Shown here: positions 48,605 to 56,685 of the stretch, piece after piece
How positions within the stretch are numbered: position 1 is the stretch's first letter
How the letters are laid out: each line of letters starts with the position of its first letter
Source: an uncultured Methylomirabilota bacterium
Lineage (GTDB): Bacteria > Methylomirabilota > Methylomirabilia > Methylomirabilales > 2-02-FULL-66-22
Length of the DNA stretch: 64,000 nucleotides
Assembly (NCBI GenBank): GCA_963705305.1
Contig: OY970067.1
Location: 4,544,001 to 4,608,000, forward strand
Direction of reading: 5' to 3'
Notes under the pieces: model-generated
The model's database searches: none
Told to the model about the DNA's origin: nothing
What the model saw: only the letters and a program-made list of their open reading frames with translations
Position numbers and translations under genes: made by a program

Positions 48605-49123
48605 TCACCGCGCCTGCTTGCCGGGGGGAGCGTCGCCATTCTGTTTCGGATAGAGGACCGCATTGACGCGCTCTCCCTCGCACCCCTCCACGTGGCTCCG
48701 GTCCTCCCGCAGCAACAGGGTGATCTTGCAGCCCGTCACCACATCGCTGTCCTGCCACACCCTCGGATGTCCGATCAGAACGGTTCGGGATTCCTTGGGG
48801 AAATACTCGGCTTGGTCCGCCACACCACGCCGATCGCCGTAGGAGATGCGGACGTTGCCCGAGGCCAGCGCCCGCTCCACCTCCTGCATCTGGTCATCAA
48901 AGAAGAACTCGATCTGCTCTGCCAGGATGGTGAGACCGCGCCCCTTGTCGTCGGCGACGACGTTCCCCCGGTAGATCGCCACGTGCTCTTTCTGATCCAC
49001 CTCGAGGTTGTCGGATGAAATCGTGATCGGTGAAAGCGCCGGCGTTGGTTCGGCCGCCCGACAGGGGTGGGGAAGCACGGCGACCAGTCCCAGCACCACC
49101 AGCCACCACCGGACCTGCCTCAT
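48605..49123 (-). CDS. lptA: LptA/OstA-family LPS transport protein
   Basis: Signal peptide, [21 protein letters not shown]; lies between lptC and lptB. Confidence 0.9.
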   Translation of the reverse strand: MRQVRWWLVVLGLVAVLPHPCRAAEPTPALSPITISSDNLEVDQKEHVAIYRGNVVADDKGRGLTILAEQIEFFFDDQMQEVERALASGNVRISYGDRRGVADQAEYFPKESRTVLIGHPRVWQDSDVVTGCKITLLLREDRSHVEGCEGERVNAVLYPKQNGDAPPGKQAR

Positions 49124-49719
49124 GGATGCGTACTCCTTCTCTGCTGCGATATCGGTGCCGCCGATCCAGCCACCCGCGAAGTGATGTTCTTGAGAATTCG
49201 GGCGCGCTCGAGAGTCGTCTCCGCCTCCATGCCGCGCCCCCGGCTGGACAAGCTTCCCCGGGTCAGGGTCACGGGCTGATCCGTGAGGAGAACCCGCGAG
49301 GCGGCGATCCAGCGGAGCTTCTCCGTCTGCAGCTCCGTGCCCTGGTCCGACCGGGCGTGCACCCGCCCCTCGAGCGTAACGTCCTTCGTCTGGAGATCCA
49401 CCGTGACATGATCAGCCGTGCACGTCAGTTCGCCCTGCTGCGAATAGAGGATGATCTGGATGGGATGCGTGACCCGGGACAGCACCGAGTACCCCTGCTG
49501 CTCGTGCACTTCGGCGCGATCCGCTCGCACCTCCCACAATTTCTTCCCTTCGCGGGTCTCGATCATATGGATCTGTTGGAGCGTAACTTCCGGAGGGACA
49601 CTCCTGGGGGGGTTCTGGGCTGCCCCTGAGGCTGTTCCGGGGGCCCCAGGGCCGAGCGCAGCGACCATCAGGAGACCCAGGACCGACCAAACCCGGCGCC
49701 GCAACCACCACATGTCCAT
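49120..49719 (-). CDS. lptC: LPS export periplasmic protein LptC
   Basis: N-terminal TM segment, WEVRADRA, LQTEKLRW, TDQPV, GRGME. Confidence 0.88.
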   Translation of the reverse strand: MDMWWLRRRVWSVLGLLMVAALGPGAPGTASGAAQNPPRSVPPEVTLQQIHMIETREGKKLWEVRADRAEVHEQQGYSVLSRVTHPIQIILYSQQGELTCTADHVTVDLQTKDVTLEGRVHARSDQGTELQTEKLRWIAASRVLLTDQPVTLTRGSLSSRGRGMEAETTLERARILKNITSRVAGSAAPISQQRRSTHP

Positions 49720-49835
49720 TATGCTATAACACACTGACACAGGAGATGTAAATTGGAAAGAGGAGAGCGGCGGCACCATGCGTTGAGGCCCGACGTTCCG
49801 GGCTTCCCCTGCGGCGCCTGCCGGGATGCGGCGGC

Positions 49836-51320
49836 TCATTCGCCGGTTGATTCCGGTGACTCCCGCTCCCGGGAATCAAGGAGGAGCGTCTTCCGCTGTG
49901 CAAACGCCCCGGGATCCCGGGGCGTGACGTCACCCCACGCCCCGCGGCCCTGCCCGGTCGCCGAAGCCGGTCCTCGCTCCTCCTCGGATGTCGTGGGGCG
50001 ATTCAGGCAGACCACACCGGCCGCCAGCCGGTCTGCAACGCGAAGGCCCTTCTGCAGATCGCGGGTATAGATGGCCACACAAGAATCGGTCCGCGTTCGG
50101 TTGGCGAGATCGACGGCCTCCTCCGGGGAGCCCACCGCCGCGACAGCGGCCAGCGGTCCAGGGACGTCTTCCTGCGCAAGGCGCATCTTCGCCTGTACAT
50201 CCAAGAAGAGTGTGGCGGGATAGTAGAAGCCTTTGCGATACTCCCCTTCCCGCAGGACCTCCCCCCCGCACACTACCCTGGCGCCTTCCTTCAGCGCCAG
50301 CCGCGTGGATGCGTGCACCCGCTTCACCTGCGCCTCGTTGATCAGCGGGCCGACGCTCGTGTCCGCGAGCGCACCGTCACCGCAACGCAGCGCTTGGGCT
50401 TCCTTGGCCAGTCTCTCTACAAACTCCTTTGCCACCTTGCGATGCACCAGTAGGCGAGAGGACGAGGCGGCGCACTGGCCGGAGGTTCTGAAGGCGCTGC
50501 GGATGGCCCCCATCACGGCCGCCTCCACATCCGCGTCCTCCAGAACCAGAAAGGCGTTCTTGCCTCCCACCGCCAACAGCAGCCGCTTTTGTTCCGCCGC
50601 ACACGCGATGGCCACCTCGCGCCCGACCTCCGCAGATCCGACGAAAGAGACGAGAGAGACCTCGGGATGGCGCACGAGGGGCGCCCCTGCCTCTTCCCCA
50701 ACTCCATGGACGAGCTGGAGAACCGCCGCAGGCAGACCGGCCTCGAGAAAGAGCTCCACCGCGCGCGCGGCCACCATCGGACTATCCTTGGCCGGCTTGA
50801 ATACCACGGTATTCCCGACGACCAGGGCCGAGGCGATGGTGGCGATCGGGATTGCCATGGGCCGAACCCAAGGGGTGATGACGGCGACCACTCCCCGGGC
50901 CACCTGAAGATTGAGCCGCAGACCGCCCGTCGAGTCCAAGGTGGTCGCTTCGCCCGCGAGGTGCTGTCCTAGGACGCCCAGGGAGTTGAGGACACCGACT
51001 GCCTCCTGGACCTCCTCCATCGCTTCCGCGAGAATCTTCCCCGTCTCTCGTGTGATCAGCCGCGCGGTCTCCTCGCACCGCCCCCCCAGGAGCGCCGCAG
51101 CGCGAAACAGGATATCCGCCCGACGAAAGGGCGGGGTCAGTCGCCACGCCGGGAAATTCGCCCTGGCCGCCTCCGCGGCCCTGTCCACGTCCCGATGGTC
51201 CGAACGCGGGAAGCTGCCCAGGATGTCGGTCTTGTTGGCCGGGCTCAAATCGTCGTAGGTCGCACCGCTCGCCGATGCCACCCACTTCCCGTTTATGAAA
51301 TTTTCCGTGGGCTCAGCCAT
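49836..51320 (-). CDS. Aldehyde dehydrogenase-fold protein with degenerate catalytic motifs
   Basis: NFINGKW, ETGK, GNTVVFKPA, GGKNA and GPLIN are present, but PWVRP, LAVGGK, GQCAAS and EDVPGP replace the canonical motifs. Confidence 0.88.
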   Translation of the reverse strand: MAEPTENFINGKWVASASGATYDDLSPANKTDILGSFPRSDHRDVDRAAEAARANFPAWRLTPPFRRADILFRAAALLGGRCEETARLITRETGKILAEAMEEVQEAVGVLNSLGVLGQHLAGEATTLDSTGGLRLNLQVARGVVAVITPWVRPMAIPIATIASALVVGNTVVFKPAKDSPMVAARAVELFLEAGLPAAVLQLVHGVGEEAGAPLVRHPEVSLVSFVGSAEVGREVAIACAAEQKRLLLAVGGKNAFLVLEDADVEAAVMGAIRSAFRTSGQCAASSSRLLVHRKVAKEFVERLAKEAQALRCGDGALADTSVGPLINEAQVKRVHASTRLALKEGARVVCGGEVLREGEYRKGFYYPATLFLDVQAKMRLAQEDVPGPLAAVAAVGSPEEAVDLANRTRTDSCVAIYTRDLQKGLRVADRLAAGVVCLNRPTTSEEERGPASATGQGRGAWGDVTPRDPGAFAQRKTLLLDSRERESPESTGE

Positions 51321-51743
51321 CTTTCTTCCGTTCCCCTAAAGACGAAGATCGGCCGGGGAGGGGATCTCCACAATACTCTGGTTCCCACGACGGGAAGCAT
51401 CTCAGCCCCGGTGACACCCGCCGCCCGTCCTTCGGGGGCCACGCTCGGTGAAAAGGAGGGACCCATGGGGAGGCTCCCATGGGCGGTATCGATGAAGGTG
51501 AATCCCGAAGAATCTTTCGAGGGGGAGAATACCACAGCGCTGGACACAGTCGCAATGACGAAGCATGCAACCTGCGAACCAAACTGGACTACAAAAACAT
51601 GTCAAAATACTTTATATTTTCTCTCCAATCCTCATTGAAAACGAGTAAAACAAATTATACATTCTTTCCTTGACGACTCCGATTCATATGAATAATATGA
51701 GTGCCGCTGGGGGGTGCCGCCCCCAGCGTTCAACTGTCCGTAC

Positions 51744-51797
51744 TTACTTCTTTTTCTTCGGAGCAGCCTTCTTAGCGGGCTTCTTCTTCGTCGCCAC
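51744..51797 (-). CDS. Lys-rich micropeptide MATKKKPAKKAAPKKKK (17 aa)
   Basis: GTG start preceded by AAGGGAGGTGA; TAA stop; not in the ORF track. Confidence 0.65.
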   Translation of the reverse strand: MATKKKPAKKAAPKKKK

Positions 51798-51855
51798 TAG
51801 AATCACCTCCCTTCTTGTGGCTGTCTACGTTCCACCATACCACCCGGTGATTAGC

Positions 51856-51906
51856 CTACTTCTTCTTTTTCGTGGCTGTCTTCTTCGACCCCTTTTTCTT
51901 CGTCAT
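51856..51906 (-). CDS. Lys-rich micropeptide MTKKKGSKKTATKKKK (16 aa)
   Basis: ATG preceded by AAGGAGGTGA at 8-nt spacing; TAG stop; not in the ORF track. Confidence 0.65.
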   Translation of the reverse strand: MTKKKGSKKTATKKKK

Positions 51907-51945
51907 CGGGCGGGTCACCTCCTTGTGATCAGTCTCCCAGAGATA

Positions 51946-52392
51946 TCAGGCGAGCAGCGTCATCTGAGGGTTCTTCGCCCGGGTAGCCTCCAACGTGCAT
52001 TCGATGAACCGCTGCGCATCCTTGATCGCGCCCTCCACCTCATAGCGGGAGATAGGTTGACCGGGCTCCTCGAGAATTGTCTGCCACCGGCGCCGCATTC
52101 GATCAAATGCATTGATGAGTGTTCGCCTGTCCGGCCCCAGGATGGCGGCGGTCAACTCCACAACCGTCCGCTGTTGATCCCGCCCCCTGGGACGCAACCC
52201 CTCAACCATGATCACCGCGCGCGCCGCCCGTAACATACCCTGATAGGCAATGGCATACGCCCACTCGCGGTCAATACTGGCATTGGCCCGCGCTGTGGCC
52301 AAGTCCTTCGATGCGCGGGCGACGAGCGCATTGACCACCGCAAAATCGGGTTTGAACGTCCTCCACCAGCCCTTTCTCGCGCAGGTTCTCAT
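51946..52392 (-). CDS. HEPN-domain protein, apparently inactive
   Basis: ASKDLATA..., WAYAIAYQGMLRAARA, FDRMRRR; ATGA overlap with the upstream MNT gene. Confidence 0.78.
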   Translation of the reverse strand: MRTCARKGWWRTFKPDFAVVNALVARASKDLATARANASIDREWAYAIAYQGMLRAARAVIMVEGLRPRGRDQQRTVVELTAAILGPDRRTLINAFDRMRRRWQTILEEPGQPISRYEVEGAIKDAQRFIECTLEATRAKNPQMTLLA

Positions 52393-52958
52393 ACGCCATC
52401 GTCTCGTCCGATGAGCAGGACGTTCCTGTCGCCCAGGATCTCGGTCAAGAATGGATCCGCCTCTGCCCGTCGTCGATGAAAATCCCCCTCGTCGAAGACG
52501 GTGTAATTGATCTCGCGTCCCAGCTTGGCTTCCAAGCGGGTCACCGCCTCGTTCAATTCCGTCAGGTCCACACCACCCACAACCAAGAGCAAGATAGGGC
52601 CTGGACCCTCCCCGGCGGGATGGGCGTTGGTCGTGTAGAGCCACGCCTGCTGTATGCCCGCCAGCGACTTCAGGGCCTCGGCGATCGCGCCCTGCGCCCC
52701 AACCGTTTTGGCAATGATGGACTTGACCTCGGAATAGATCGCAGCAGTCTTGTTGACAGTGTAATAGCGGAGATTCCCGACCTTCTCGCTGGCGAGCAGT
52801 GTAGCCTTCTCCAGATTGTCCAGTTCCCGTTTGATACCTGAGATGTCGCGGCGGAGATCCCGAGCGATCTGCCTCACGTAGAAGCGATGCTCTGGGTGCG
52901 TGAAAAGGAGTCGCAAGATATCGACCCTGGTCTTTGATGAGAACAACCTTTCGAGCAT
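52389..52958 (-). CDS. Winged-HTH plus degenerate minimal nucleotidyltransferase (MNT) protein
   Basis: LFSSKTR..FYVRQIAR..RELDNL..GNLRYY (wHTH); C-terminal half ends LGREINYTVF...DPFL as in HTH-MNT antitoxins. Confidence 0.82.
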   Translation of the reverse strand: MLERLFSSKTRVDILRLLFTHPEHRFYVRQIARDLRRDISGIKRELDNLEKATLLASEKVGNLRYYTVNKTAAIYSEVKSIIAKTVGAQGAIAEALKSLAGIQQAWLYTTNAHPAGEGPGPILLLVVGGVDLTELNEAVTRLEAKLGREINYTVFDEGDFHRRRAEADPFLTEILGDRNVLLIGRDDGV

Positions 52959-52980
52959 TATTCGTCACCATTCGTTGAGC

Positions 52981-53010
52981 TTTATACATCGACCGTTCTT
53001 CACTTGTCAA
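52981..53010 (-). promoter_or_regulatory. sigma70-type promoter with AT-rich UP element for the MNT-HEPN-peptide unit
   Basis: TTGACA-N18-TATAAA with A/T tracts immediately upstream. Confidence 0.6.
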
Positions 53011-53453
53011 CAAAATTTTTTTGAAAAATTCACAAGCGGCTTCGGTAATCGGTATCCACACCCCCCCTTAACCGAATATACTCAATCCTGGAGAGAGTTA
53101 ACAAAGAAAGCGGGGCTTCATTGCAAACCGGACACCTTGTACGTTCCTGCTTTCTCAGGTCTGTTCCGATGAAAAATCCTCTCTACTTAGCTGTATTCTT
53201 AGGATAGAAAGTGATCGGAGAACAAAAGAGAACAGGAACAGTCTCACCTCTCATGCGGGCCGGAAAATCCAAATTCGCGAGTGCGGGGACAGAACCGTCA
53301 CAGCTCGGTCCAGCCCCGCGACAAACCCGGAGTTTGAGAATAGCGAATCCCGCATCTTGCAGATGGTCCCTCTCGCCCAAACTCCGGGGACATGGGTCAG
53401 GGGAGGCTAGCGATTTGACCCGCCGATCAATTCACCATTATACGACCGGTCCC

Positions 53454-53951
53454 GTGATCGTGCCCGGGCGACTGCGCCTGTGGTGGTGGCTGGGATTCCT
53501 CGCTCGTGCGGCGATGCTCGCCCTCCTCCTCGGCGCACCGGGTGCCAGCCCCGTGCGCGCTTCCCAGCCCCCTGATCTCCGGACCGTCTTCGCCGCCGCG
53601 CTGAATGCCTGGACCTACGGGGCGTACTGGCGCCTCTGGGGCATGGGAACCCGCGAAAGCCGGGAAGCTCTCAGCCAGGACGAGTTCGCGCGTCGGATGG
53701 ACGCCGGGAACGCAGCGCCTGTAGCCGACATGCCTGTGCAGGCGTTCCAAGTGATCTCAATGTCCGGGGATGTGGCGCTGGTCCGGGTGGGGATCCGCTT
53801 GGAAGACCGTCGGGCCCACCGTAAGGCCGCCACGGCTCGCCCATTTCTGATGCGCTTCGAGGAGGGCGCCTGGAAAGTCAACCTGTGGGACTTCGTCGGG
53901 CTGGCCGCATTCTTCCCTCCCCACTATCTTCCGGGGAGACTGCCCCGGTAG
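53454..53951 (+). CDS. Hypothetical secreted protein (possibly NTF2-like fold); start uncertain
   Basis: Signal-like hydrophobic segment ending VRA; SREALSQDEF...FEEGAWKV pattern. Confidence 0.6.
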   Translation: MIVPGRLRLWWWLGFLARAAMLALLLGAPGASPVRASQPPDLRTVFAAALNAWTYGAYWRLWGMGTRESREALSQDEFARRMDAGNAAPVADMPVQAFQVISMSGDVALVRVGIRLEDRRAHRKAATARPFLMRFEEGAWKVNLWDFVGLAAFFPPHYLPGRLPR

Positions 53952-54034
53952 GGCCTCCGGGCCGCGTGTCCGAGCGGCTCCTCGCACGCTGCCGGCAGCT
54001 CTGAGGCAAGGAGCGGCGAGCCACACGCCCGGTG

Positions 54035-54077
54035 AAAAAGGAACGGGGCCGCGGATGGCGACCCATCCCGGCCCCGT
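54035..54077 (-). terminator. Intrinsic terminator downstream of the ferredoxin gene
   Basis: Arms ACGGGGCCG/CGGCCCCGT with inner GGATGG/CCATCC, followed by TCCTTTTT on the minus strand. Confidence 0.65.
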
Positions 54078-54101
54078 CAGGCCGAAAGCCGATCCGCCGC
54101 G

Positions 54102-54368
54102 CTAGGCGCCGACCGGCTCTTTGTCGGGATGAAGTTTCTTGAACTTCGTCAGCAGCTGGTCCTTGCTCTCCTTCCTGTCGGGATTCGGCTCGATGCTCCC
54201 CGTCGGACACGTAGACACACACTGCGGCTCCGCAAAGTGCCCTACGCATTCAGTGCAGAGGTCGGGATTGATCATATAGTGATCCTCGCCCTCGCTGATC
54301 GCGCCGTTCGGGCATTCCGACTCGCAGGCCCCGCAGCTGCTGCATTCGTCATTGATGAAAAGCGCCAT
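54102..54368 (-). CDS. YfhL-type 2[4Fe-4S] ferredoxin
   Basis: CSSCGACESECP and CTECVGHFAEPQCVSTCP. Confidence 0.95.
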   Translation of the reverse strand: MALFINDECSSCGACESECPNGAISEGEDHYMINPDLCTECVGHFAEPQCVSTCPTGSIEPNPDRKESKDQLLTKFKKLHPDKEPVGA

Positions 54369-54692
54369 GAACTCGCCTCCTTGCGTGACGGTGTAATTGG
54401 GACTCTTGCGACTCTTGTAAAACTATACCCCCGAAGCTTGCCCTCCGAAAAGAAAAAAATGCCCTCTTCGTCGACCGCGCGAAAAGGCGCGCTTTTCCGA
54501 ACAATTCCTGCGGAGCCACGACTGCCGGCAGCCTGCGTCGGCTGCCAAGCGGAAGTCCCCCGCGAACATGCTGCCGACCATATCTACCTTCAGGAGATGC
54601 CGGTCAAACAATACGGAAAGGGCTCTTGCATTCTAGAGGTGATCGTGCGACCTTTACACGCAACCCGTACACGCAACCCGGAGGAAAATGGG

Positions 54693-55112
54693 ATGCCCGG
54701 CGTCACCAGGTTTGGAGTGTCATTGGAGGCACGTCTGCTGGAGCACTTCGATCGGATGATCCAGCGGAAAGGATACACGAACCGATCCGAGGCCATTCGC
54801 GACCTGATCCGTGAAGGCCTCGTCCGGGAGCAATGGGAGCTGGAGGCCACCGAGGCGGTCGGAACGCTCACCCTTGTCTATGATCACGATGTCCGGGAGC
54901 TCGACGAGAAGTTGACCGACATCCAGCACGCCCACTACCGAACCATTGTGTCCACGCTCCACGTCCACCTGGATCCGCACCACTGTCTCGAGGTGCTGGT
55001 CTTGCGCGGCAAAGCCCGCGAGCTGAAGACCATCGCGGACCGTCTCATCGGCACCCGGGGCGTCAAGCATGGAACCTTTTCGGCCACGGCGGAAGGGCGT
55101 GTCCTGGCGTAA
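54693..55112 (+). CDS. nikR: Nickel-responsive regulator NikR
   Basis: RFGVSL, NRSEAIRDLIR, YDH, STLHVHLDPHHCLEV, RGVKHG. Confidence 0.97.
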   Translation: MPGVTRFGVSLEARLLEHFDRMIQRKGYTNRSEAIRDLIREGLVREQWELEATEAVGTLTLVYDHDVRELDEKLTDIQHAHYRTIVSTLHVHLDPHHCLEVLVLRGKARELKTIADRLIGTRGVKHGTFSATAEGRVLA

Positions 55113-55139
55113 GCTGCGGCCTCTTTTTTTTGGACTGTA

Positions 55140-55166
55140 GTGGCACGATTCGTAAGAGTGTAGCAC
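55140..55166. promoter_or_regulatory. Putative NikR operator 1
   Basis: GTGGCAC-N13-GTAGCAC imperfect inverted repeat. Confidence 0.55.
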
Positions 55167-55357
55167 TCAAGATCAACACCAATCGCTCCTCCCCCAGACG
55201 CCTGGAGCGCTGCTCATCCTTGCCCTCGGTTCAGGATGACACTCCTTCGTGTGGGCAGTGCCCGCAGTGCGGGTCCCGGAACCCGGTCCGCGCCGGAATG
55301 ATCGGGCCTCCTGACATTTACCGGGGGATTCGCCGTTTCTCAGAATATAACTTGACT

Positions 55358-55386
55358 GGTAGCATGAAAATAATAATCATGCTACC
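55358..55386. promoter_or_regulatory. Putative NikR operator 2 overlapping a promoter
   Basis: Perfect GGTAGCATGA-N9-TCATGCTACC (GTAGCAT-N13-ATGCTAC) directly after TTGACT. Confidence 0.7.
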
Positions 55387-55550
55387 TGGATTTTTGACCA
55401 AGGCTCGGAAGGCGTTGTCCTGTCTCTCGCCAGTTCCGCCGTGGCAAGGGCCTCCAGGCGACACGCGCGGCTCGGAGGTCAGGCCGACGACGACCCCGGC
55501 CTGTACTTCAGCGAGGCACGTGCGAACTACCCACGACGAGGAAAGCCATC

Positions 55551-56588
55551 ATGCCCATGCAAAGAGACGACGTCCGAGGAGGCCAATCGCAATCCGCTCC
55601 CGATGTTCCCCGCGGCACACGCACAGGGGCTCCCCGCGGAGAAGCCGGACGCATCGGATGGGGACTTGGCGTGCCGGCCTTGGCCCTCCTCCTGGCCCTC
55701 TGCACCCCTGCCGCGCCACGTGCGCAGGAGCGGGCCGCACCTCCGCAGGATCAGGCAGCTCCGGAGGCCGAGTTCGACCTTACGGATGCGCTCATCACCC
55801 GGACCCCGCTCCCTGGATCCAGCGTAGAGCTCCGGTATCGCTACGAGCGGGACCGGGACTTGCAGGACGCCGGGAGCGCCGTCACCCATGTCCACCAGCC
55901 CTCGGCGATCCTCAGCATCGCCCCGACCGACTGGCTCGGACTTTCGGCCACCATCCCCTATCAGTTCCGGGACCTCCGGGCCCCCGACGGCACGGCGGCC
56001 GAGACGCGGAACCTGGGAGACCTCTCGACGGAAGTCCTGGCCACGTTCCTCAACGATCCCGCGCGTCAGCTCGCCGTGGCGGGGGGGTTCGACCTGGGTG
56101 TCCCCACGGGCTCAATCAAGGATGGGACCGGAGGCCAGTGGACGCTGACCCCCTTCCTTGGGGCCGGGAAGCTTGTTGGTCCCGTCCAGCTCCTGGCCGA
56201 CGTAAGCTACCAGGACGATTTCCGGGCGGCGCCGGACGGGGGTCAAATCAAGCGCGAGCTCCTCTACAACCTCGCGGTGGGCCCGCGCCTCTGCGACGGC
56301 CAGCTTTTCCCGTTCGTGGAGCTCAACGGCGCGTACGCTTTCATGGGGGACCCGGCCATCCGCCATCGGGGCCAGCTCTACATCAGCCCGGGCGTGCGGG
56401 TCAGTCCCGCCGCATGGCTTGCTGGCCTCGGGGGTTCCCCAGGCTCCGCGAACGGAGAGAAATCCCCGTCAGCCGAGGAAAAGCCCTGGTGGCAGCGGCT
56501 CAGCCTGGCGATCGGCGCCCAGTTTCCGGTCACGCAGGCCCGCGAGTTCGAGTGGGGCCTGACGACCGGCGTGAAGCTCGATTTCTGA
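55551..56588 (+). CDS. Putative outer-membrane beta-barrel transporter
   Basis: Signal peptide (…APRAQ), amphipathic beta strands, NLGDL and VPTG motifs, C-terminal Phe (GVKLDF). Confidence 0.75.
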   Translation: MPMQRDDVRGGQSQSAPDVPRGTRTGAPRGEAGRIGWGLGVPALALLLALCTPAAPRAQERAAPPQDQAAPEAEFDLTDALITRTPLPGSSVELRYRYERDRDLQDAGSAVTHVHQPSAILSIAPTDWLGLSATIPYQFRDLRAPDGTAAETRNLGDLSTEVLATFLNDPARQLAVAGGFDLGVPTGSIKDGTGGQWTLTPFLGAGKLVGPVQLLADVSYQDDFRAAPDGGQIKRELLYNLAVGPRLCDGQLFPFVELNGAYAFMGDPAIRHRGQLYISPGVRVSPAAWLAGLGGSPGSANGEKSPSAEEKPWWQRLSLAIGAQFPVTQAREFEWGLTTGVKLDF

Positions 56589-56685
56589 GCACCCTACGCC
56601 GCGGCGTCTCGAAAAGCCAGAGCCGTCTGCCCAAGAGTCTGTGGCACACTCGACAAGGTCTTTCAGAGTCTCAGGAGGATCTGCG

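Noticed and set aside
51946..53061. 371-aa ORF as a single protein
   Set aside because: Its upstream part overlaps the wHTH-MNT gene in another frame; the HEPN gene starts at 52392.
54655..54680. 13-bp direct tandem repeat TACACGCAACCCG x2 before nikR
   Set aside because: Real, but a single small duplication with no evidence of function.
55170..55550. Cobalamin or NiCo riboswitch ahead of cbiMQO
   Set aside because: No B12-box or other recognisable aptamer; NikR-type operators explain the region better.
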